Shown here one piece after another: positions 18,032 through 25,445 of a DNA stretch of 26,631 nt. Origin of the DNA: a virus (lineage: Duplodnaviria > Caudoviricetes); the IMG/VR virus record IMGVR_UViG_3300023283_000086, positions 1 through 26,631 of that record; one strand, given 5' to 3'. Position 1 is the first letter of the stretch. Every line of letters begins with the position of its first letter. Below the pieces are notes generated by a model. It saw only the letters and a program-made list of their open reading frames with translations. It was not told the origin of the DNA and made no database searches. Made by a program: the position numbers and the translations under genes.

Positions 18032-19052
18032 GTTTGTGGTTGTTTATGTCGTAATTATCTATTACGTATTGACGGGCGTTTGCCCCTATTGTATCACGTT
18101 TTCTCTTATTATTCACAAGGTCATAGACCTTCTCGCGCCAATCATTTTCGTCAAAGGCAACAGTAATATGCTCGTCCTTTTGGTATGGCGACTTGCCATC
18201 GTCAAACCCTTGCCCGACGACTGGAATACCACACATACTCGCTTCCAAGAATTTCACATTTGACTTACACCGATTGAAGTAGCTATCCAGCCGTGGGATT
18301 AACATAATATCCAGTTTCAAGTCATTCAACTTCGCCATATAATCCTTCACCGGCACTGGTGGATGCCACTCACATTTTATAGAGTCCCAGTAGGCGATTT
18401 CTTTTTTCCACGCTTTGCGCACCATTTTTCTATTCTCGTGGTCAGGCGGAATTGCCATCAGCACTAACTGCACATTTTTGTCTTCCGAGAGCTCTTTAAT
18501 GAGGTGTTTGATCTGCTCATAGTCCTGCGCTGTGGCTACCGAGCCCACGAAACCTATCCTCACTTTGTCCGTGTCATTCTCTTTGGGCTCGTACCAATCC
18601 ATCGGGTCAACATAATTTGGCAGTACCTTTACGTTGTTGTGGACTTTGCGATATTCCTCTGCTAAATAGTCCGTCGTCGTGGTTACAATGTCAGCTACTT
18701 GGATGAAGTTGTATAACTGCGTGTTCATCCGCTCCAGTATCTCTGTTTCGTAGTAGCTCTCCATCTGAGTCGGAATGCCGGAGTCGGGGATATACGTGTC
18801 GTCATTGTCAAAGACGATGGTTTTGCCTTCTCGTTTGAGTATTTTGGCTACCTCCAGTTTTCTGGGGTCATCGGGACGCTGGAATACTACGGTATCAGCC
18901 CGCATTACTGCTTGTGCGGCAGTGTGTTCGTCTTTTGGCTTCCGCCGCATAGATACCATATCTCCGTCCCAGCCGTTTGCTCTCATCGGGAGAAGACATC
19001 GTACGTAGTAGCAGCCGTCGCTTCGTCCGCCTACATAGTAACAGTGGCTCAT
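18000..19052 (-). CDS. GT-B fold (GT4-like) glycosyltransferase
   Basis: VFDNDD, ADIVTTTTDYLAE, VLPNYVD, RIGFVGS, FNRCKSNVKFLEASMCGIPVV and IGANARQYV. Confidence 0.88.
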   Translation of the reverse strand: MSHCYYVGGRSDGCYYVRCLLPMRANGWDGDMVSMRRKPKDEHTAAQAVMRADTVVFQRPDDPRKLEVAKILKREGKTIVFDNDDTYIPDSGIPTQMESYYETEILERMNTQLYNFIQVADIVTTTTDYLAEEYRKVHNNVKVLPNYVDPMDWYEPKENDTDKVRIGFVGSVATAQDYEQIKHLIKELSEDKNVQLVLMAIPPDHENRKMVRKAWKKEIAYWDSIKCEWHPPVPVKDYMAKLNDLKLDIMLIPRLDSYFNRCKSNVKFLEASMCGIPVVGQGFDDGKSPYQKDEHITVAFDENDWREKVYDLVNNKRKRDTIGANARQYVIDNYDINNHKHEFRDAYQGV

Positions 19053-19216
19053 TCTTTTGGTTTTAATCCTAATCTCTCTGCTCGTTCTCGTTGCTTTTGT
19101 TTGAGTTGACTAACTTTGTCTTCATCACCAAAGCCCTCACGGTCAAGCACATTGCCATGCGAGTCAATGGTCGTTCGCCGTCGTTTGAGGTTTTTTGATA
19201 CGGATACTTTTCCCAT
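19049..19216 (-). CDS. Hypothetical 55-aa protein
   Basis: Manual translation MGKVSVSKNLKRRRTTIDSHGNVLDREGFGDEDKVSQLKQKQRERAERLGLKPKE*. ATGA overlap with the glycosyltransferase. Confidence 0.7.
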   Translation of the reverse strand: MGKVSVSKNLKRRRTTIDSHGNVLDREGFGDEDKVSQLKQKQRERAERLGLKPKE

Positions 19217-19230
19217 AGATAGTGATTATT

Positions 19231-19274
19231 CTCAGTCCTTCTCGGGGGTCGCGGACTGAGGTGCGCCCCCGAGA
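19231..19274 (-). ncRNA. GC-rich structured RNA element (pseudoknot or two-state hairpin) after the capsid stop
   Basis: UCUCGGGGGCGC pairs with GCG(A)CCCCCGAGA, and the loop sequence CUCAGUCC pairs with the downstream GGACUGAG. Confidence 0.65.
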
Positions 19275-19282
19275 GTAACAAT

Positions 19283-19558
19283 CTAGTTACTTCCTTTGAC
19301 CTGTACACCGGCAACATCCCGGTTCTCCACCTCACCGTGGACAACGTCCGCGGTCGTGAGAAATCCAAGATACTCCTGAATGTAGCTGGTCTGGATACGT
19401 ACACCAAACTGTCCGGTCATCTGGTTGTCGCCACCGCTCGGAAGCGAGAGACGTGCCCAGTGAATGGCATCACGATGTGCGAATAGGTTGATACGTCCGT
19501 TACCAGTCAAGTTCGCGCCTGCCTCAGCAGGGACACGAGTGGACATAATAACCGGAAA
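19283..19558 (-). CDS. Major capsid protein, exon 2
   Basis: FPVIMSTRVP...NLFAHRDAIHWA...VRIQTSYIQEYLGFLTTADVVHGEVENRD is the C-terminal part of an HK97-fold (P22-coat-like) capsid. It joins exon 1 in frame as GRLYG|FPV. Confidence 0.9.
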   Translation of the reverse strand, partial: FPVIMSTRVPAEAGANLTGNGRINLFAHRDAIHWARLSLPSGGDNQMTGQFGVRIQTSYIQEYLGFLTTADVVHGEVENRDVAGVQVKGSN

Positions 19559-19632
19559 CAATCTGTTACTTTTGTGACCACTTTCGTGGCGGAGAGGTTC
19601 TTCGACGCTCTCTCTCTATGTTGCCATAGAGT

Positions 19633-20175
19633 TCAGACTGTCGCTTCCCCTTTTTCCGGGGTCTCCTCGCTCAGTCGTTGTGGGTGGACAATATCAAGGT
19701 ATTTTTGATACACACTTTCTCGATACTGTGCTTCCTCCGCAGTTATGCGCTTAAACCCTCTCTTTGTGCCTTTTTCCGGAACGAAACTTTTCTTTGCTTC
19801 GCAAAACTCAATGATGAGTTCAGCTAGTTCCTTTTTTACTCGTAGATAAGGCAATAGTGGGTGTAGTATTTTTGGTACTTTATACGAACCTGCAACTACT
19901 AGCTTATAGCACGGTAATCTACTTTGGTAGCCATTTTTTGAGCCTACATGCTTTACTATTGGATTCTGACGTACTCTTGCCTGAAAGAAATCTTTCATGT
20001 CGTCTAACACTTGATAATTCGTGTTCACGACGCTGAAGTACGGCATATACTTCGGACTCCAATTCGGTTTTTCCGGCTTGTGCCGTCGGATACCGATTGT
20101 CGCCTCTCCGTCAACAAATCCTGCAATGTAAGCTAATTCAATGCCTTCCCTCTGGTTGTCCTCGTTCGTTGGCAT
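19633..20175 (-). CDS. Intron-encoded single-motif LAGLIDADG homing endonuclease
   Basis: LAYIAGFVDGEATI, VVNTNYQVL and LLPYLRVKKELA motifs. ATG at 20175 (alternative GTG at 20193); the stop lies immediately after the P7 3' strand. Confidence 0.92.
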   Translation of the reverse strand: MPTNEDNQREGIELAYIAGFVDGEATIGIRRHKPEKPNWSPKYMPYFSVVNTNYQVLDDMKDFFQARVRQNPIVKHVGSKNGYQSRLPCYKLVVAGSYKVPKILHPLLPYLRVKKELAELIIEFCEAKKSFVPEKGTKRGFKRITAEEAQYRESVYQKYLDIVHPQRLSEETPEKGEATV

Positions 20176-20183
20176 ACAGTAGT

Positions 20184-20212
20184 AGTATACCACTATACTG
20201 CCATCCCAACAA
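20184..20212 (-). promoter_or_regulatory. Putative intron-internal promoter for the homing endonuclease
   Basis: TTGTTG, 17 nt, TATACT with an extended TG, 8 nt before ATG 20175. Confidence 0.5.
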
Positions 20213-20258
20213 GGAGTTCCCAGTTATTCAGAGGAGATTTTACTACGGCATTCTTTTT

Positions 20259-20900
20259 ACCGTATAGTCTTCCGACCTCTCCACGCAGTACCGGGTCTGC
20301 ACCGTCGGTGTTCTGCAAGAGAGTGAACTTATCAATCTTCATCACCTGATCCCACACCGTATTCGGGTGCAAGAACCATGCGACATCGTTGGTGTTATCC
20401 ATCGGTACGTTGTTCTGCGCAAGGGTCTTGACCGCCGCTCGGAGGTCAGAGTCCTGTACGTCAGAAGCTGATGTACCGACAGTGTTTGAGAAGCTGCTCC
20501 AAAGTGCTGCAATTGCGTCTTCAATCGCAGCCGCGGCTGTGTAACCAGCGTTCATAGCGTACCGCTCTTGAAGCGTGTAGCTACGTTTTACTTGTGCGGC
20601 TTCTTTGTCCTCGATTAAAAAGGACACTTCATCCCATGTGTCAACCGTAAGGTCAACTTTAGACTCAGTTGGGGAATTGAGTGTAACTTGAGACCCATTT
20701 GACTTCGTATTCGCGCTCATCTCCGTCAAGCCAATGGTGAGGAGGTTATCCCCGCCTTCGGCAAGCTCGTCGGAACGGTCAATAAAGAACGAACCGAAAC
20801 GAAGCTGTGAACGGAAGAAGTCATTGATGCGGTTCCCCCAAACGGAGGGTATCGCAACCGATAGGTCTGCACCTGTAAAATGATCTGTTCCTAGTGGCAT
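20259..20900 (-). CDS. Major capsid protein, exon 1 (spliced product 305 aa)
   Basis: IPSVWG, GDNLLTI, LTVDTWDEVSFLIED, WFLHP and GEVGRLYG; directly downstream of the scaffold gene. Confidence 0.92.
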
Positions 20901-20903
20901 ACT

Positions 20904-21455
20904 CTATTTCATTGCCTGCTCCCAGAGTTTTCTGTGCTCATCTTCCGAGAGACCCGGGTCAGAAACATCCTTCTCTTTGGTCTGCCTGCCTGAACCTGTC
21001 GAGCCGCCCATCTGAGCTTGCTCGGACTTCTGTTCTTGCTGGCGTTTCTGATACCACGACGAGAAGATGTCGGACTTCTCCGCCTCAGCCAGCGAGGTTT
21101 CTTCCACCTGCGCTACCTTACGGAGTTTGTCCAACTCATCATCATCATAGCCCGCTCTCGCGATAAGCCGTAACTCCTCGGCAGACATTTGGTTACCTTC
21201 TAATGATTGTGATTTTTGAGAGTCATCACTTGACTCTGATGATTGCTCATCTCCCTCACTGAGTTGCTCTTTCATCTCTTTCAGTTTCGCTTCAGCTTTC
21301 TCAGCGCGGGTTTTCTGATTTTCGTAGAGTTCCTTTTCTACTTTATCAGAGTCTTCTGAGGACGTTTCTTCGGAACCCTGTTCCGTTTCTTGGGAGTCGC
21401 CCGCCTCCTGTTCTTGATTTTCGGACTCAAGATTGTCCTGTTCTTCTTCTGACAT
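20904..21455 (-). CDS. Capsid scaffolding protein
   Basis: Acidic, low-complexity N-terminus and coiled coil (RAEKAEAKLKE), immediately upstream of the capsid gene. Confidence 0.8.
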   Translation of the reverse strand: MSEEEQDNLESENQEQEAGDSQETEQGSEETSSEDSDKVEKELYENQKTRAEKAEAKLKEMKEQLSEGDEQSSESSDDSQKSQSLEGNQMSAEELRLIARAGYDDDELDKLRKVAQVEETSLAEAEKSDIFSSWYQKRQQEQKSEQAQMGGSTGSGRQTKEKDVSDPGLSEDEHRKLWEQAMK

Positions 21456-21521
21456 AGTCGTTTTTTGTTAGCCAGTTACGCAACTGGCAATGATAATAGA
21501 CGGTGTTTACCGAGCTTACCG

Positions 21522-21629
21522 CTAGCTCCTTTTGCGTTTACCTCGACGTTTTCTTATACCCCGAATATCAGGGATGAGAACGTCTTTTTTTATCTTTTTC
21601 TTTCCCTTTTTTGCTCGGTCAAATGGCAT
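21522..21629 (-). CDS. 35-aa highly basic peptide
   Basis: Manual translation MPFDRAKKGKKKIKKDVLIPDIRGIRKRRGKRKRS*. It starts 1 nt after the previous stop. Confidence 0.55.
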   Translation of the reverse strand: MPFDRAKKGKKKIKKDVLIPDIRGIRKRRGKRKRS

Positions 21630-21630
21630 A

Positions 21631-21807
21631 TTACCGTGCGTTATTAGTGATAATTTTCTCCTTTTTCAACCGCTGTTGGCGTGAATCCTCTTTACCGACG
21701 TACTGGCAGATAAGACAGTATGGATGCCCTTTTTCATCCAGCTCCTCTGTCGGCATACCACACGCCAAACAATGGCTTACCTGTGTTATGTCTCTACCGA
21801 GATTCAT
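21631..21807 (-). CDS. 58-aa CxxC/CxxC zinc-finger protein
   Basis: Manual translation MNLGRDITQVSHCLACGMPTEELDEKGHPYCLICQYVGKEDSRQQRLKKEKIITNNAR*. Confidence 0.6.
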   Translation of the reverse strand: MNLGRDITQVSHCLACGMPTEELDEKGHPYCLICQYVGKEDSRQQRLKKEKIITNNAR

Positions 21808-22024
21808 TTTTCACGTGCTTAGGCTTCTCTTTCTTCTGGAAGCGTTTGTCGATGTCAAGGAACGTGCGCTCAATTACTCGCTTGGCTTTGGCGTATCCGC
21901 TGGCGTCCTTTCCTGATAGGGACTCTTCACCAGCCATTTGCCGTGCGTTATTGAGCAACAGTAGCTCGAGTCCTTCCCGAAGCTCCTTGTCGCTGTGGAG
22001 TTGTTGGAGTTTGTGTTCCCTCAT
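21794..22024 (-). CDS. Hypothetical 76-aa protein following the portal
   Basis: Helical ORF at the position where P22-like phages usually carry a small post-portal gene; overlaps the portal 3' end. Confidence 0.7.
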   Translation of the reverse strand: MREHKLQQLHSDKELREGLELLLLNNARQMAGEESLSGKDASGYAKAKRVIERTFLDIDKRFQKKEKPKHVKNESR

Positions 22025-23768
22025 TTAATTGTTGTTGTAGGTCTGGTGATTTGTCTTCACCGAGACCGATTCCTAATTCGACCGGACTGATTCCCACCCC
22101 TGACGCTTCGATAATTCTGCCAAACAGGTTCGACATTGTCGGGTCTTGCAGTGCTCGGAACTCTCCGGTGTTCGGGTCAAAGGTCTGGGAGACAGTGGTG
22201 AATATATTTGACAGTGATTCCAGGATTGCCTGTTTCTCCCGTTGTTCGTTGGTGATATTGATAATTATATCACCTTCCACATCATCAAGGTATTTGTCAG
22301 GGATATTGAAGAACCTATCTTCACCCTCTGCTTTCAGCAGCAAGTCAATGTTATTCTGCAATTCCTCGTATTTCTCTCTCGTAACCTCTGACGGATTATT
22401 GATGACCTTATCTACAATGATGTCATTCGCTCGGCGGGTGCGGAAGTTCTTATCCAGTGTCTTCAGCTCTTGGGCGGTTAGGTCGGATCGCAGGATGTGT
22501 TGTCTTTTAATCTTCTTTTTCAAATGCGGTATAACCCAGTCCTTGAATATCTCCTGCAAGAATATACCCATTTCCTGCTTGCGATAATCAAACATCGACG
22601 CAGTCTGCTGGAGGACAAGCTGTTGCAGGCGAAATGGTGTGCCGGACGGCGGGGTATCGCCTCGCTGAGCATCGGTGACAGAGCTTGCGTTCTCAAACTG
22701 CTGGAACCAGCTATTTACGAGGGCATCAAACTGCGGCAAAGCGTTGGTAAGGGTGTTGACTTGGTTAAATTGGTCTCCTTCATCAAGGCGAACAATATAC
22801 CCATTATCCATATCCGTAAGAATGTTGTTTTCCAGCCCTTTTGAATCCGTGGCAAAAATCGTCTTTGAGCCAAGCTCCATTGCTTCCTTTTCCCGTTGTT
22901 TGGTGTCGTTAATCCACACTTGGGCTTCTTCTCCTTCCTCGACAACACCCACACCAAGTGAGCGTCCAGGGCGATTCTTCCACGAGAGATACTTATACTG
23001 TCTGTCTTTAAGCTCCTCGCTCCATAAAACAACCTGTTTTTGGTCATCTTCTCCCGCAACAAAGAACTTCATCAGCTTGTACTTCGTCGGGTCAGGGTCT
23101 TCCACGCTGTCATCAAATGTCTCAGGAAACTCACCGGTGATTTCAAATACTGTCGCTTGTCCTTGTGGGGATTTGTCGGACTCCTCCTCGGCACGCTCTA
23201 TTGCCTCGTCGATATTGTCCCAGCTATCACGCTTACGATTCAGCTGGAGTGGAGTCATGAAATGAGTTTCCACAATCACCCCATCCTCAATATCTATCTG
23301 GTCTGTAATAAGATTCTTCCACGCCGGTACTTCCAGTTTCAACTCGCCGTCCTTTTCTATCTTTTTCACCAACACCCCACCATACCGAGCACGGGTTTCG
23401 TTCATTTCGTTGAGTTTCTTGGCAAAGTCCTGCACCCGCATCCATTCCTGGACTTCTTTTTCAAGGAGAAATGACTTATCCCAGTCCTGCGGGTCTCGGG
23501 CTTTGACACGGATGTCCTTGCGGGAGATATCTGTAGCGACGACAGACACGTCCACATTTGCATTAACAATGTTATAAAACGGCTTCTCTCGCCCCATATC
23601 ATCTGTCTGGCCGGAGAGATAATACCGAGAGTTAGAGTAATGCTCGATCATCTCAAGCGTGGTCTTCTGGTTCCACTTAAAACCAGGGACGATTTCTACG
23701 TCCGTATCGTAATCCTTTTTCTGTTGTTCAAGCTCTTGAATTATTGGATGTGCCATTATTTCGGACAT
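21948..23768 (-). CDS. Portal protein (start may be ATG 23756)
   Basis: About 600 aa, between terL and scaffold; KPFYNIV, ARYGGVLVK, GRSLGVGVVE and GDTPPSGTP motifs. Confidence 0.88.
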   Translation of the reverse strand: MSEIMAHPIIQELEQQKKDYDTDVEIVPGFKWNQKTTLEMIEHYSNSRYYLSGQTDDMGREKPFYNIVNANVDVSVVATDISRKDIRVKARDPQDWDKSFLLEKEVQEWMRVQDFAKKLNEMNETRARYGGVLVKKIEKDGELKLEVPAWKNLITDQIDIEDGVIVETHFMTPLQLNRKRDSWDNIDEAIERAEEESDKSPQGQATVFEITGEFPETFDDSVEDPDPTKYKLMKFFVAGEDDQKQVVLWSEELKDRQYKYLSWKNRPGRSLGVGVVEEGEEAQVWINDTKQREKEAMELGSKTIFATDSKGLENNILTDMDNGYIVRLDEGDQFNQVNTLTNALPQFDALVNSWFQQFENASSVTDAQRGDTPPSGTPFRLQQLVLQQTASMFDYRKQEMGIFLQEIFKDWVIPHLKKKIKRQHILRSDLTAQELKTLDKNFRTRRANDIIVDKVINNPSEVTREKYEELQNNIDLLLKAEGEDRFFNIPDKYLDDVEGDIIINITNEQREKQAILESLSNIFTTVSQTFDPNTGEFRALQDPTMSNLFGRIIEASGVGISPVELGIGLGEDKSPDLQQQLNEGTQTPTTPQRQGASGRTRATVAQ

Positions 23769-23796
23769 CCGTGCTTCGGATACTTATATTATATCA
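23769..23796 (-). promoter_or_regulatory. Extended -10 promoter plus CCGAAGCACGG hairpin (copy A, upstream of portal)
   Basis: Minus strand reads TGATATAAT ATAAGTAT CCGAAGCACGG ATGTCCGAAATA ATG. Confidence 0.8.
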
Positions 23797-23973
23797 CACA
23801 AAATACTGTGGGTCATCATTATTTGTAAACAATATCTTCTCGGTTCTGCTACGCACTACCATAAAGGTATTGGGCTGTCCTTGCTTATCCGCTACTATCT
23901 CCACCTTCTCAAACGGCTGTAGTGTTCGCAGTTTGTGGATTATCTCCAATTCATTCTCTGTCGGCTTTATCAT
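23794..23973 (-). CDS. 59-aa small protein, possibly DUF2292/YezD-like
   Basis: Manual translation MIKPTENELEIIHKLRTLQPFEKVEIVADKQGQPNTFMVVRSRTEKILFTNNDDPQYFV*. ATGA-coupled to terL. Helix plus beta-hairpin pattern; the family call is by resemblance only. Confidence 0.7.
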   Translation of the reverse strand: MIKPTENELEIIHKLRTLQPFEKVEIVADKQGQPNTFMVVRSRTEKILFTNNDDPQYFV

Positions 23974-25445
23974 TTTGCTTGGTTGGTTACCTTACGTTGG
24001 CGTGTGTTTCTCAACGCCCGCATATGTTCTCGCATATCTTCAACCGGCTTGGCAAGCTGTAATTGATAAGCGGTAGCGTCTAAAACATCATCACTCATCC
24101 CTTTGGGAAACGACATCTGTTCTTCCTCCAACGCACTACACTCGCCGTTAATATGATACACACTGCCACTAGCGTACCGAGGAATGATGCCTCTTATCCG
24201 AACATCCTTAGCGGTTTGGCTGTGTAACAGCTCTACAATAGGCAAGAATACACCTCGTTTACGCTGTTCAGCGTCCAAATATGGTTTGAGTGCCTCAGTA
24301 TATGTTGTCTTCTCTATTCCTATTTTCTCATATTTACGATGTTCATACAACGAAAACAATGTCTCGACAAGTTCTTCCGGTCCTATCTTAGCCCGCCACG
24401 CTTTTACGTGCCAGAAGTTCTCCTTGTTCACCGAGTTATCGCAAAAACCAGTGCTATCCGCTTCCGTTTTTTTGCTCATTGCCGTATCTATCGTGAGATA
24501 ATCCCTCGTATTCATCTTATCCACCTCCTCTTGGGTGATATATTTATACCACTCAGGATTAAACTCTTGGTTCTCACTCAGAATTGGCGACTGTTGGTAC
24601 AACGCAGAAAAATCATACGGTCCTATAAACGTTTTTGTTTCATCCAACGTAGCCATTCCGTATTTCTCCGGCCAGAGGGGTTGTCCCTTTTTACGATACT
24701 CCTCATCACTGGTTGCGATTGCCGGAAACTTCATTACTTTAGTACGTTTGGCAAAATCCTCATTTTCAAGAATCCTTCCCGCCAAATCATCCATGTGCCA
24801 ACGAGTCAAAATAAGTATCACCACACCATTTGGTTCAAGGCGGGTATATGCTGTTGAGGTAAACCAATCATAGGTCTTTTCGCGATACACATCACTTTCC
24901 GCTTCTTCACGATTTCTGATTGGATCGTCGATTATCAAAATTGTCGCGCCACGTCCGGTGATAGGTCCACCAACACCGACTGAAGTATAGCTCCCGTCCG
25001 CCTTTCCGTTCGGTATAGCTGTTCGCCACTTGGCTTTTGCTCGCTCATCCTCTTTCAATCGTGTATCAAATATCCTTTGATATTCTTCGGACTGAATGAG
25101 TGTACGGGTTTTCGTACCAAAATCTTGCGCCAGCTCTGATGAGTATGATGCATTTATAATCTCTCCATTTGGGTTCTGCCCCAAATACCACGCTGGAAAA
25201 TCAATAGACGCTTGTCTCGATTTTCCATGGCGAGGCGGTACCATCAGTATCAATATTTTGTATTTACTATCACCATTACGAGCAATATGCTCTAGCTCTT
25301 TGGCTATTTCTTCGTGGTGCCAGTTAGGGTCATACTGAGGGTCAGTAGCTATCTCGAAATCTATTAGGCTACTCCTCGCTCGCTGTATTACCATCGCTTC
25401 CTTTTCGTGAAGCGATACGTTGGGCGATTGATTCAACTTGTTCAT
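23970..25445 (-). CDS. terL: Terminase large subunit
   Basis: Walker A PPRHGKS, Walker B LIIDDP, TRWHMDDL, ALYQQSP and RNase H-like C-terminal DDVLDA. Confidence 0.95.
   Translation of the reverse strand: MNKLNQSPNVSLHEKEAMVIQRARSSLIDFEIATDPQYDPNWHHEEIAKELEHIARNGDSKYKILILMVPPRHGKSRQASIDFPAWYLGQNPNGEIINASYSSELAQDFGTKTRTLIQSEEYQRIFDTRLKEDERAKAKWRTAIPNGKADGSYTSVGVGGPITGRGATILIIDDPIRNREEAESDVYREKTYDWFTSTAYTRLEPNGVVILILTRWHMDDLAGRILENEDFAKRTKVMKFPAIATSDEEYRKKGQPLWPEKYGMATLDETKTFIGPYDFSALYQQSPILSENQEFNPEWYKYITQEEVDKMNTRDYLTIDTAMSKKTEADSTGFCDNSVNKENFWHVKAWRAKIGPEELVETLFSLYEHRKYEKIGIEKTTYTEALKPYLDAEQRKRGVFLPIVELLHSQTAKDVRIRGIIPRYASGSVYHINGECSALEEEQMSFPKGMSDDVLDATAYQLQLAKPVEDMREHMRALRNTRQRKVTNQAK

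Larger units (their letters stand above)
19559..20258 (-). mobile_element. Group I self-splicing intron (700 nt) in the major capsid gene
   Basis: P1 UACGGU/GCCGUA with a U.G pair at the 5' splice site; P3 UCUCCUC/GAGGAGA; P4 CUGG/CCAG; P7 GACUG/CAGUC; P8 CCCC/GGGG; P9 CUCUAUG-GCAA-CAUAGAG; terminal G at 19559. Confidence 0.92.

Noticed and set aside
19069-19407. 112-aa ORF overlapping capsid exon 2 as a frameshift extension
   Set aside because: No slippery site was seen near the capsid end, the composition is not protein-like, and a coupled 55-aa ORF explains the region better.
20193-20900. 235-aa ORF as the complete capsid, or a capsid pseudogene
   Set aside because: Its last 21 codons are intron sequence; splicing gives an intact capsid.
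21948-22024. 77-nt portal overlap with the next gene as a frameshift
   Set aside because: The portal tail is low-complexity and such overlaps are common in phages; there is no slippery signal.
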